From contig JNSE01000033.1 of NCBI GenBank assembly GCA_000754455.1, forward strand, positions 20,012 through 84,011: a stretch of 64,000 nucleotides of DNA. Direction: 5' to 3'. Each line of letters begins with the position of its first letter. Positions within the stretch are counted from its first letter, which is position 1. The notes beneath the pieces were generated by a model that did no database searches, was not told where the DNA came from, and worked only from the letters and a program-made list of their open reading frames with translations. The translations under genes and the position numbers were made by a program. Positions 42,629-51,076 of the stretch are shown here, one piece after another. The DNA is from an actinobacterium acAMD-2 (GTDB lineage Bacteria > Actinomycetota > Actinomycetes > UBA12327).

Positions 42629-43894
42629 GTGATTGATGTCCAGCTCCTGCGCAATTCCCCTGACACCCTGCGCGCTTCCCAGCGGGATCGAGGCGAAGAC
42701 GTAGCCCTGGTGGATGAAGTCCTTCACCTCGATGAAGAACGTCGAACCGCTGGCACTGCCTTTGACGAACTTCGGGCTGCGCAAAAGAACATCGGCAAGG
42801 ATGTCGCAAAAGCCCAAGGCGAGGAAAAGACTGCGCTCCTTGAACAGGCCAAGACTCTTGCTGATGAAGTGAAGGCAGCTCAAGAGCGTCGCGATGTCAT
42901 TGCTTCAGATTTTGACACCAAAGTGTTGGCCATTTCCAATGTCGTGGACGATGCGGCACCACGCGGTGGTGAAGAAGACTTCGTCGTCTTGGAAGAGGTC
43001 GGTACGCCACGTACTTTTGATTTTGAACCTCGCGACCACCTCGAACTTGGCGAAATGCTCGGCGCTATTGATGTCGAGCGCGCTGCCAAGGTCTCGGGTT
43101 CACGGTTCTATTACCTAACCGGTGTTGGCGCTCAACTGGAGTTTGCGTTAGTCAACATGGCGATGGATCTGGCGATGGATGCTGGATTCACCCTGATGGT
43201 GCCGCCCGTTTTGGTGAAGCCAACTGCCATGGAAGGCACGGGATTCCTGGGCCAAGCGGCAGAAAACGTCTACCGCGTGGAAAGCGACGACCTTTACCTC
43301 GTGGGCACCGCTGAAGTCCCCTTGGCGGCGTATCACAGCGACGAAATCCTGGATGCCAAACAACTTCCGCTGCGCTATGCCGCGTTTTCGTCGTGTTTTC
43401 GCCGTGAAGCGGGAACATATGGCAAAGACACCCGAGGCATTATTCGTGTTCACCAGTTCGACAAAGTCGAAATGTTTGCCTTCGTCGATCCCGCTGATGC
43501 ACTTGCCGAACATCAACGACTCCTGGCGTGGGAAAAAGACTTCTTGAATCTGCTGGAAGTCCCCTACCGCGTAATTGATGTCGCCACCGGTGACCTAGGC
43601 GCATCAGCGACTCGCAAGTTTGACTGCGAAGCATGGATCCCGACACAGGGCAAGTACCGCGAAGTCACGTCGGCGTCGAATTGCACGCAATTCCAAGCTC
43701 GTCGTTTGGGCGTGCGCATGCGTGGTGCAGATCAAACCCAACCCGTGTCAACATTGAACGGAACGTTGTGTGCCATTCCGCGCACGATCGTTTCGATTTT
43801 GGAGAACCATCAAAATGCTGATGGTTCTGTCACTTTGCCGGCCGCCCTTCGTCCTTACATGCGTAATCGCTCCACCTTGGACCCGATTGCGTGA
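42629..43894 (+). CDS. serS: serine--tRNA ligase
   Basis: 421 aa with an N-terminal coiled-coil arm and class II motifs ([27 protein letters not shown]). Confidence 0.95.
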   Translation: MIDVQLLRNSPDTLRASQRDRGEDVALVDEVLHLDEERRTAGTAFDELRAAQKNIGKDVAKAQGEEKTALLEQAKTLADEVKAAQERRDVIASDFDTKVLAISNVVDDAAPRGGEEDFVVLEEVGTPRTFDFEPRDHLELGEMLGAIDVERAAKVSGSRFYYLTGVGAQLEFALVNMAMDLAMDAGFTLMVPPVLVKPTAMEGTGFLGQAAENVYRVESDDLYLVGTAEVPLAAYHSDEILDAKQLPLRYAAFSSCFRREAGTYGKDTRGIIRVHQFDKVEMFAFVDPADALAEHQRLLAWEKDFLNLLEVPYRVIDVATGDLGASATRKFDCEAWIPTQGKYREVTSASNCTQFQARRLGVRMRGADQTQPVSTLNGTLCAIPRTIVSILENHQNADGSVTLPAALRPYMRNRSTLDPIA

Positions 43895-44778
43895 GTGATT
43901 TCGCGCTGGTTGCCACTGACCTTGATGGCACCTTGATTGATCCGCAGGGGCGGATTAGTGATTTCACGCGTGAAACCCTTCGGGCTGTTGAAGAAAGTGG
44001 CCGACTTCTCGTTTTCGTGACGGGTCGTCCGCCACGCTGGATGGCGCCCATTGTTGAGGAAACCGGGCATCGAGGAATCGCCATCTGTGCCAATGGCGCG
44101 GTGGTGATGGACCTGCATACCGAGCACATTGATGTGGCGCATGTCATGGACGAGCGCGAAGCGCTCGAAATCACCCGCCGAATCCGCGCGCTCTTGCCCA
44201 CGGTGGGATTTGCTGTGGAGCGCGTAGGAGTGAATCGTCGCGCTGACGTGGAGTTTGGTCGCGAACCGCATTACATTCCACGTTGGCCCACGCCGGACAA
44301 GCCACCGCTAGCTCCCATTGATGAGTTAGTCATTGGCGGTGGATTGATCAAAATTTTGGCGCGCGTTCCGCAGGAGTTTGAGCCACCGAGCGATCCGCAC
44401 GCGCTAGGTCCGGACCCAACGCGAGGATTTGATGCATCACCTCTGGTTGATGAATTCCTGGCTTCAGCGCAGGAAGTCCTCGCGGACCTCGCGACAGTCA
44501 CGCATTCCAATCCCAATGACACCTTGTTGGAAATCAGCGCTCCAGGGATCACCAAGGCGACAGCGCTGGCGGGTTTTGCGGCCGAGCGTGGGATTTCAGC
44601 CGATCAGGTCATCGCGTTTGGCGATCAGCCCAATGACTTGCCCATGTTGGCGTGGGCGGGGCGAGCCATTGCAGTCGAAAACGCCCACCCAGCAGTTCTA
44701 GGCGCTGTGGCTGAACGAGCGGGCTCGGTGCACGCCGATGGGGTGGCCCATGCCCTGCGGGCCATCTTGAGTTTGTAA
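43891..44778 (+). CDS. HAD-superfamily (Cof-type) hydrolase
   Basis: 295 aa with DLDGTL motif I and [10 protein letters not shown] motif IV. It overlaps the serS stop by 4 nt. Confidence 0.8.
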   Translation: MSDFALVATDLDGTLIDPQGRISDFTRETLRAVEESGRLLVFVTGRPPRWMAPIVEETGHRGIAICANGAVVMDLHTEHIDVAHVMDEREALEITRRIRALLPTVGFAVERVGVNRRADVEFGREPHYIPRWPTPDKPPLAPIDELVIGGGLIKILARVPQEFEPPSDPHALGPDPTRGFDASPLVDEFLASAQEVLADLATVTHSNPNDTLLEISAPGITKATALAGFAAERGISADQVIAFGDQPNDLPMLAWAGRAIAVENAHPAVLGAVAERAGSVHADGVAHALRAILSL

Positions 44779-44919
44779 CGAATGTGCACACCCACCCCTC
44801 ACATCGGGGGGACTTAGTGGCACCATTGTCGTTCCGTTACGCATGTGGCGGGAGTTTTACGACCAGCGCGGACTTCCCCCCGCTGGGACCGATCAAGCAT
44901 CGTGCGAACGAGGTGCCGT

Positions 44920-45450
44920 ATGGACATGAGTTGGCTGTCGCCACTAGCGGAAGCAAATCCAGCTGGCGAAAAGGGCTGGGGCTCATTTGCCACTGTTGAT
45001 ATTCCCGCCGGAACAACGGTTGCCGCTTTTGGTGGCTTCGTCACCTCGGGTGAAGTGTTAGCCACTTTTGATGATGTACGCCAGAGTCGCTCAATTCAAA
45101 TCGACGATGACTTGTTTTTGGTGAGTTCGGAATCACCCGAGCCTGGCGACATGCTCAATCATTCGTGTGAACCCACGTGTGGGTTGATGGGTTCGGCGAT
45201 GTTGGTCACGATGCGTGATGTCGCAGCCGGCGAAGAGTTGACTTTCGATTACGCGACGTGTGACACCGCCGACTACGACGAGTTCCGTTGCATGTGTGGT
45301 ACATCCTCTTGTCGAGGAACGATTACTGGTCGCGACTGGAAGCGTCCAGACTTGCAAGCCAAGTACGACGGATGGTTTTCGCCTTACATCGTTCGTCGCA
45401 TTGCGGCAGCAACGTTAAGTGATGCAGCGTCAACCCACGACCACGCATAA
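44920..45450 (+). CDS. SET-domain protein (putative lysine methyltransferase)
   Basis: NHSCEPTC, ELTFDY and the post-SET-like CMCGTSSCRG. ATG at 44920 has GAGGTG upstream, within ORF 44845..45450. Confidence 0.75.
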   Translation: MDMSWLSPLAEANPAGEKGWGSFATVDIPAGTTVAAFGGFVTSGEVLATFDDVRQSRSIQIDDDLFLVSSESPEPGDMLNHSCEPTCGLMGSAMLVTMRDVAAGEELTFDYATCDTADYDEFRCMCGTSSCRGTITGRDWKRPDLQAKYDGWFSPYIVRRIAAATLSDAASTHDHA

Positions 45451-45470
45451 CACCTCGCGCGATTGATCCT

Positions 45471-46040
45471 TTACAGGTACGGACCCGATCGGTGATCGGG
45501 AGCGCGATCCATCTCGCCTGACTCCGCACCCATGGGCAAGGCGCTGCGACGCATCTGTTCAAACTGAGCCTGTGCGGCCATTTGTTGAGCAAATAACGCT
45601 GTTTGAATCCCGTGGAACAGGCCCTCAAGCCAGCCGACGAGCTGGGCTTGGGCAATGCGCAACTCAGCGTCACTGGGGATGGAGTCTTCAGTGAACGGCA
45701 AGGTCAATCGCTCCAGCTCGTCGATGAGTTCGGGCGCAAGCCCTGCTTCGAGCTCGGAAATTGACCGACGGTGTATCTCGCGAAGTTGAGCACGTGACGC
45801 CTCATCTAATGGTGCGTTGCGTACTTCGTCTAAGAGTTGCTTAATCATGCTGCCGATGCGCATGACCTTGGCAGGCTGTGAAACCAAGTCGGTGAGGTCC
45901 TCGCCCTCATGAGCCGAGGGGAGCGGAATCATTGCATCAGGTTCGCCATCGCCGTCGGTATCCACCGGAACCCCGCGTAGCGGTTCGCCACCGGGACCGA
46001 TAACGACACCGTCATCATGGGGGTTTGCTGAATCACTCAT
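45471..46040 (-). CDS. bacterial proteasome activator (Bpa/PafE, DUF2587)-like protein
   Basis: 189 aa with helical repeats (MIKQLLDEVRNAPLDEASRAQLREIHRRSISELE). The C-terminus ends in PYL, reminiscent of the GQYL tail of mycobacterial Bpa (from memory). Confidence 0.6.
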   Translation of the reverse strand: MSDSANPHDDGVVIGPGGEPLRGVPVDTDGDGEPDAMIPLPSAHEGEDLTDLVSQPAKVMRIGSMIKQLLDEVRNAPLDEASRAQLREIHRRSISELEAGLAPELIDELERLTLPFTEDSIPSDAELRIAQAQLVGWLEGLFHGIQTALFAQQMAAQAQFEQMRRSALPMGAESGEMDRAPDHRSGPYL

Positions 46041-46052
46041 GAGCCCATCCTC

Positions 46053-47057
46053 TCAGACTTGGTCGGCGGGGGTCATCGTCAAGATGATCTTGCCAATGTG
46101 TTCGCTAGCTTCCATGCGGTCATGAGCTTGAGCGATTTTGGTGATGGGTAGGCGTTGATCGATAACCGGCTTAATGGTGCCTTGTTCAATCAAGGGCCAC
46201 ACATGTTCAAGGACTGAGTCCACGATGGCGGCTTTTTCGCCGACCGGACGCCCACGCAACGATGTGGCAAGGACGGCAGCTCGTTTGGTGAGGAGTCGGT
46301 TCAGGTCCAACTCGCCCTTGGTGCCGCCCTGTAGGCCGATGACTACCAGGCGACCGTTGGCTGCCAAGGATCGAACATTGGGCTCGAGGTACTTGGCGCC
46401 CATGACGTCCAAAATCACATCGACGCCGTTGCCGTCGGTGAGCGCTTGAACTTCCTCGGCAAAATCGCTCTCGCGGTAGTTGATCGCGTGGTCGGCACCT
46501 AGACCCAGGGCGGCTTCCACCTTGGCTTGTGTTCCACAGGTGACGATGGTGCGCGCGCCTAATTCACGAGCAATTTGAATAGCCATCGTCCCGATCCCAG
46601 AGGTTCCCCCATGGATCAGCAGGGTTTCGCCCTCGCGCAGGTGTGCCAACATCGCCAGGTTTGACCACACCGTTGCCACCACTTCCGGAAGGGCGGCCGA
46701 ATCAATCAAGCTGACGTTGTGGGGAACGCGCAGTAACTGTCCCGCGGGTATAGCCACTTTTTGCGCGTAGCCACCGCCGGTGAGTAGCGCGCATACTTCG
46801 TCGCCGACCTTCCAGTCGGTGACGTCGGAACCAACTTCAGCGATGACGCCGGAGCATTCCAAGCCGAGGTACTCGCTAGCACCAGCAGGAGGTGGGTAGA
46901 AACCTTTGCGCTGCAAGATGTCAGCGCGGTTGAGTCCAACAGCGACAACCGCAACGACGACTTCGCCCTTGGCGGCGATCGGATCGGCGACTTCGGTCCA
47001 TTGCATGACCTCAGTTCCACCGGGTTGAGAACAAACGATTGCGTGCATAACGCTCAA
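46053..47057 (-). CDS. NAD(P)H:quinone oxidoreductase (zeta-crystallin/MDR family)
   Basis: 334 aa with the MDR fold pattern and the Rossmann motif HGGTSGIGTMAIQIA. Confidence 0.85.
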   Translation of the reverse strand: MSVMHAIVCSQPGGTEVMQWTEVADPIAAKGEVVVAVVAVGLNRADILQRKGFYPPPAGASEYLGLECSGVIAEVGSDVTDWKVGDEVCALLTGGGYAQKVAIPAGQLLRVPHNVSLIDSAALPEVVATVWSNLAMLAHLREGETLLIHGGTSGIGTMAIQIARELGARTIVTCGTQAKVEAALGLGADHAINYRESDFAEEVQALTDGNGVDVILDVMGAKYLEPNVRSLAANGRLVVIGLQGGTKGELDLNRLLTKRAAVLATSLRGRPVGEKAAIVDSVLEHVWPLIEQGTIKPVIDQRLPITKIAQAHDRMEASEHIGKIILTMTPADQV

Positions 47058-47096
47058 GAGTAGATGGCGCGCTTAATCGTGTTCAGGTGCAGGCTT

Positions 47097-47999
47097 TTAG
47101 CCGATGCGCTTTCCACTGGGCGGTGCGGAACGGCCGGCTACCGGAGCTGACGTAGGTGGTGGCGGAGGAAGAAGGGGCTCAGCCATGACCGGAGGGGGCA
47201 GATCAGGAGCCGCGCCGGTGATCGGAGGCGTCGTTGGGGGTGCCAAGGTCGCCACGGAAGCACCCTGGGTGGGTTCGGGTAATGCGGCGGGGGCTGGGCC
47301 ACCAACAGGTGCGATGAGGGCAGCCGGCGACGGTGCGCGCAAAGCCGTCCCGCCACGCTTTTCAGTAATGGGAGTTCCGGCCGGTGGTGGGAAGAGTCGT
47401 GTCATACCGGCTTCGATGGCTCGGCGTCCAGCTTCCAAACGTGCGTTACGAATCTTGATCGCGCGCTTAGTGGTTCGGGTGACTCGACCAGAGACCCACA
47501 CGATGCGCGCGGTGATCAAGACGAAAAATAGTGCGACCAACGTGAAGGCGACAACCAACGCTGTGCTGGTGCCTGGGTCCGGAGGGCTTGGTGCGGTTCC
47601 GCCAGGACGCAGTTCCTGAATACCACCTTCAGCTAACGGCCACGTGGCGTTCGTTTGAATTTGGCCAGCGCGCACGGTGACGCTCAAGTTCGCGGGAGTT
47701 GTTCCCAACGGAATTTGAGCAGACGTGCTTTCATTCGGAAGGATTTGTCCGAGGGCCAATTCCGGGATAGAAATCGGGATCCCATCGGTTGAGGTGCCAC
47801 TCACACTCACCACGGGAGCAACTTGATTGGTCAAGGTGTTGGTTAGCCGAAAGAAGACCAACTGGCCTTGGACGTCGAGTGTGGAGATAGAAATCCCGGG
47901 TGGGTTTTGGGTAGCGGCTTGTGCGCCGGTTGCTCCCAAACCAAGAACGGCCGTAAGCGATACGACAGCGACAAGAAGAAGTCGGATGCTGCGTGACAT
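47097..47999 (-). CDS. hypothetical single-pass membrane protein with Pro-rich tail
   Basis: ATG at 47999 gives the signal peptide MSRSIRLLLVAVVSLTAVLGLGATGAQA. A central TM segment and a Pro-rich C-terminus follow. No recognisable family. Confidence 0.5.
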   Translation of the reverse strand: MSRSIRLLLVAVVSLTAVLGLGATGAQAATQNPPGISISTLDVQGQLVFFRLTNTLTNQVAPVVSVSGTSTDGIPISIPELALGQILPNESTSAQIPLGTTPANLSVTVRAGQIQTNATWPLAEGGIQELRPGGTAPSPPDPGTSTALVVAFTLVALFFVLITARIVWVSGRVTRTTKRAIKIRNARLEAGRRAIEAGMTRLFPPPAGTPITEKRGGTALRAPSPAALIAPVGGPAPAALPEPTQGASVATLAPPTTPPITGAAPDLPPPVMAEPLLPPPPPTSAPVAGRSAPPSGKRIG

Positions 48000-48207
48000 C
48001 GCACGGATAGCGCCATCGCGGGTTGCCGGGCAACTCGTGGGCGCATATCGAAAACTCACTGGTGCCCAAGGGCCCATATGAGGGGGAAGCCACATAAGGT
48101 GAAAAAGATACCGTTGGTGCCCGTGGGAATGTAACCCCACTGGGATGATTGGTTCGTAGCCAGATGGCCATTTTTGTCCGTTTTGTGCTCAATTTAGCGA
48201 TGATGAA

Positions 48208-49203
48208 GTGGGGCGAGCCGTGAATCGGGGACAACTAGGCGTTGCGCTGGGCTTAGTAGCGCTACTTGCTGGGTGTGGAACATCGACGCCGGCTAGTGCG
48301 CCAGAGACGCTGATCACCACAGCGGCTGAGCAACTCCCGCCGCCTCCGGCCAGCCCAATTCCAGAAGTTGTTGCTCCACCACAGTCATCAGCACCAGCTC
48401 CTGCACCTCCGGTCAGCAGCACATCAGCACTGTCAGTTTTGGGGACGTTGCGCGTTGCCGGTCGCGGCCCTAAAACGGGTTACGCGCGCGCAGAGTTTGG
48501 ACAAGCCTGGGCCGACGTTGATCGCAATGGGTGCGATACGCGCAACGACATTTTGCAACGAGACCTCACGTCCATTGTGGTGCGTTCTGGAAGCAGTGGG
48601 TGCGTGGTTACCTCAGGGCGATTAGCTGATCCGTACACCGGCACAACCGTGATTTTTGTTCGCGGAGCATCCAAGGTCGATATAGATCACGTCGTTGCCT
48701 TGTCAAATGCTTGGCAAAGCGGAGCGGCTCGGTGGACGTTTAACAAACGCATCGCGATAGCAAACGACCCGTTGAATTTGTTGGCTGTCGACTCAAGCCA
48801 AAATCGACAAAAGGGTGACGGTGATGCGGCGACATGGCTGCCGGATAACCGCCGATTTTGGTGCCAATACGCCGCTCGACAAATTGGTGTGAAGTCAAAG
48901 TACGGATTGAGCGTTACTAGCGCCGAGCGTGATGCGTTGACACAAGTTTTGCAACGTTGCCCTAGCCAACAAGTGATCACCGGTGGCGGCCCGACGTCGG
49001 TGAGCGGTTTCAGCGATCCCACAGCTAATTCCGGCAGTTCGGGGAGCTCCTCATCGGGAACAACCAGTGGTGCCGGCCTTGATCCGCGATTTGGTACCTG
49101 TTCGGCGGCGAAGGCCGCCGGCTTTGGCCCGTACTACCGCGGGCGGGATGGCGAGTATTCCTGGTATCGCGATCGTGATGGCGACGGCGCAGTCTGTGAA
49201 TGA
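48208..49203 (+). CDS. secreted lipoprotein: DUF1524 (HNH/His-Me nuclease-like) + Excalibur Ca-binding domain
   Basis: Lipobox LLAGC. DIDHVVALSNAW and SQNRQKGD are DUF1524-like. The C-terminal RDRDGDGAVCE is Excalibur-like. Confidence 0.7.
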   Translation: MGRAVNRGQLGVALGLVALLAGCGTSTPASAPETLITTAAEQLPPPPASPIPEVVAPPQSSAPAPAPPVSSTSALSVLGTLRVAGRGPKTGYARAEFGQAWADVDRNGCDTRNDILQRDLTSIVVRSGSSGCVVTSGRLADPYTGTTVIFVRGASKVDIDHVVALSNAWQSGAARWTFNKRIAIANDPLNLLAVDSSQNRQKGDGDAATWLPDNRRFWCQYAARQIGVKSKYGLSVTSAERDALTQVLQRCPSQQVITGGGPTSVSGFSDPTANSGSSGSSSSGTTSGAGLDPRFGTCSAAKAAGFGPYYRGRDGEYSWYRDRDGDGAVCE

Positions 49204-49221
49204 GTCAGTGACCACATCGCT

Positions 49222-49734
49222 CTAGGCGATGGGAACAACAACCTCGTTGCGTCGAATGAACGACGGCTTCCAGGGTGGATCAAAGCGCGCAAAGCGTGGT
49301 TTTCCTACAACCGTGTAACCGGCGTCTTCAATGTTGGCGATCAGTCGGGCTACATGTTTGTTGTAGTTATCTTCCGTCCATCGTCCGGAGTACATCGATA
49401 CAGCTGCGAGGGTTTCTGGCACCTCAATCAGGCTCACTCCATTGCCACCGGGCGCAGGTAAGTCATCCAGCGTTGAGTTGGCCGGCATCACGAAGGACAC
49501 GTGATAGGTCATCGGCTCGTCCAACGGTTCTTGAATCACCGGGGCCGTCATAGCAACTTTGGTACCGCTGCGATTGCGACCACTGATGTAGGAAACCAAG
49601 GGACCAAACCCAGCATTGCCGGCTCGTTCGAAGGGCCCGACCATGGTGACTTCAGCCACGACGTGGGGTGCGTACTTACGGACTTCAAATCCACGTTTGA
49701 CGTCAATGCGTTCGTACACCTGTTGTTCGGTCAT
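49222..49734 (-). CDS. SOUL haem-binding family protein
   Basis: 170 aa. YEVRKYAP...AFGPLVSYISGRN...VAMTAPV and the C-terminal PPWKPSFIRRNEV match the SOUL/HBP pattern from memory. Confidence 0.65.
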   Translation of the reverse strand: MTEQQVYERIDVKRGFEVRKYAPHVVAEVTMVGPFERAGNAGFGPLVSYISGRNRSGTKVAMTAPVIQEPLDEPMTYHVSFVMPANSTLDDLPAPGGNGVSLIEVPETLAAVSMYSGRWTEDNYNKHVARLIANIEDAGYTVVGKPRFARFDPPWKPSFIRRNEVVVPIA

Positions 49735-49821
49735 ATTTTCACCCTAGGCGGGTGTAGCGAATTCGCAACTTGGTGAAGACCTCAGGTAAGCGCTGGGCAC
49801 GAAACCGGTACGGTTTGCGGT

Positions 49822-49912
49822 GGAGGGCTCGCATAGTGGCCTAGTGCGGCGGTCTTGAAAACCGCTGTTGAGTGATCCTCAACCGTGGGTTCGAATCCCA
49901 CGCCCTCCGCCA
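49822..49912 (+). tRNA. tRNA-Ser (anticodon TGA), CCA encoded
   Basis: GGAGGGC acceptor stem, anticodon loop CTTGAAA, long variable arm, T-arm GTGGGTTCGAATCCCAC and 3' GCCCTCCGCCA. Confidence 0.9.
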
Positions 49913-49949
49913 TTTAAGGCTCGCACTCCGAAGGGGTGCGGGCCTTAAA
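49913..49949 (+). terminator. strong hairpin directly after tRNA-Ser(TGA)
   Basis: TTTAAGGCTCGCAC / GTGCGGGCCTTAAA forms a 14-bp stem (one G:U) with a 9-nt loop. Confidence 0.45.
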
Positions 49950-50024
49950 TCATGCGAGCTTGGGGATTCGGGAGGAGCGCATGCGACGGCTCTCACTTTT
50001 TGCCCACATGTGGGACGATGAGGT

Positions 50025-51071
50025 ATGCAAATTGACATCATCTTGGAGCCCGACCTTTCGCCCGCTGAAGTAGCGGAAATTGCTGTTGCTGCGGAAAATT
50101 ACGGCTTCCGAACGTTGTGGCATTCGAACTACCACCAAAATCCCGATGCCTTTGTTGCGCTGGCACCAGCCGCGATGGCCACGTCACGCATTCGCCTGGG
50201 AATCTTGGCGGTCAGCCCCTACGAAATGCAGCCACTGAAAATTGGCAATGCACTTTTGACTCTCAACGAGATCAGCAATGGACGAGCTGTTGTCGCTATC
50301 GGTGGTGGCGGATCGCTGATGAGTGCCATTGGCATTGAGCAAAACCCCACCAAGCTGCGCATGGTGCGCGGCGTACGAGAAGCCGTAGAGATCAGTAAAG
50401 CTGTCGTTTCGGGCGAACCATCACGTGGCTATCCCGGCGAAGTCTTCAAAGTCGCTCGCCCCTTCCACCACAAGTGGAAAAGCGCTCCAACCGCCAAGGT
50501 GTTCACGTGTTCTACGGGAGACAAGATGCTCGAGATGGCGGGCCGGGTCGCCGACGGAACGCAAATGAGTGATGTCACACCGGAGAAAATTGATCACCAC
50601 ATGGCGGCCCTGCGCAAGGGTTTGGCTGAGCGCGAGATCCCCCTCGAAGATTTCCGCGTCGGCAACTTTTGGGCCTGGCACATTAAGGAAGACTTCGAGA
50701 AGTCGATGTATGAAGCACGTCGCGAGTTGGTTTTCCGCGCCGAGCTCTTGCCGCCCAAGTACGACATGGTTCCTTACGTGACCGAAGAAGAGCGTGCGTT
50801 GGTTATTGAGAAGTGGGCCAACTTCGCAAAGGCATTTTGGACGCGCTCGGGCGTGATCGAGGCTGTGCCTGAAGATATCGTTAACCGGCTGGTTGATGCG
50901 TGTTCGTCAGCCGGCGACCTGAGTGCAGTGGATGAGCAAATTGAGCGCTTTAGAATATTTGAAAAGGCTGGCTTGACCGAGCTATCGATTCGACTCTTTG
51001 ACGACCCGATGGAAGGTCTGAAGCTCGTGGCCGAAAACGTCCTTCCGCACTTTGAAAAGTTCGAAGGCTAA
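50025..51071 (+). CDS. LLM-class (luciferase-like) flavin/F420-dependent oxidoreductase
   Basis: 348 aa of TIM-barrel LLM-like sequence (FRTLWHSNYH, GRAVVAIGGGGS), resembling Mer/F420-dependent reductases. Confidence 0.65.
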   Translation: MQIDIILEPDLSPAEVAEIAVAAENYGFRTLWHSNYHQNPDAFVALAPAAMATSRIRLGILAVSPYEMQPLKIGNALLTLNEISNGRAVVAIGGGGSLMSAIGIEQNPTKLRMVRGVREAVEISKAVVSGEPSRGYPGEVFKVARPFHHKWKSAPTAKVFTCSTGDKMLEMAGRVADGTQMSDVTPEKIDHHMAALRKGLAEREIPLEDFRVGNFWAWHIKEDFEKSMYEARRELVFRAELLPPKYDMVPYVTEEERALVIEKWANFAKAFWTRSGVIEAVPEDIVNRLVDACSSAGDLSAVDEQIERFRIFEKAGLTELSIRLFDDPMEGLKLVAENVLPHFEKFEG

Positions 51072-51076
51072 GCCCG

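Noticed and set aside
47104-47619. A 171-aa Gly/Arg/Pro-rich plus-strand ORF.
   Set aside because: It is antisense to the Pro-rich tail of the 47097..47999 membrane protein. It is a low-complexity mirror of the CCN codons.
49981-50073. A 30-codon ORF starts at an ATG 5 nt after the GGGAGGAG of the tRNA-Ser-associated motif.
   Set aside because: The two copies of the motif near 56.7 kb have no start codon after the same SD-like sequence. The ORF overlaps the start of the LLM oxidoreductase gene out of frame, so it is probably fortuitous.
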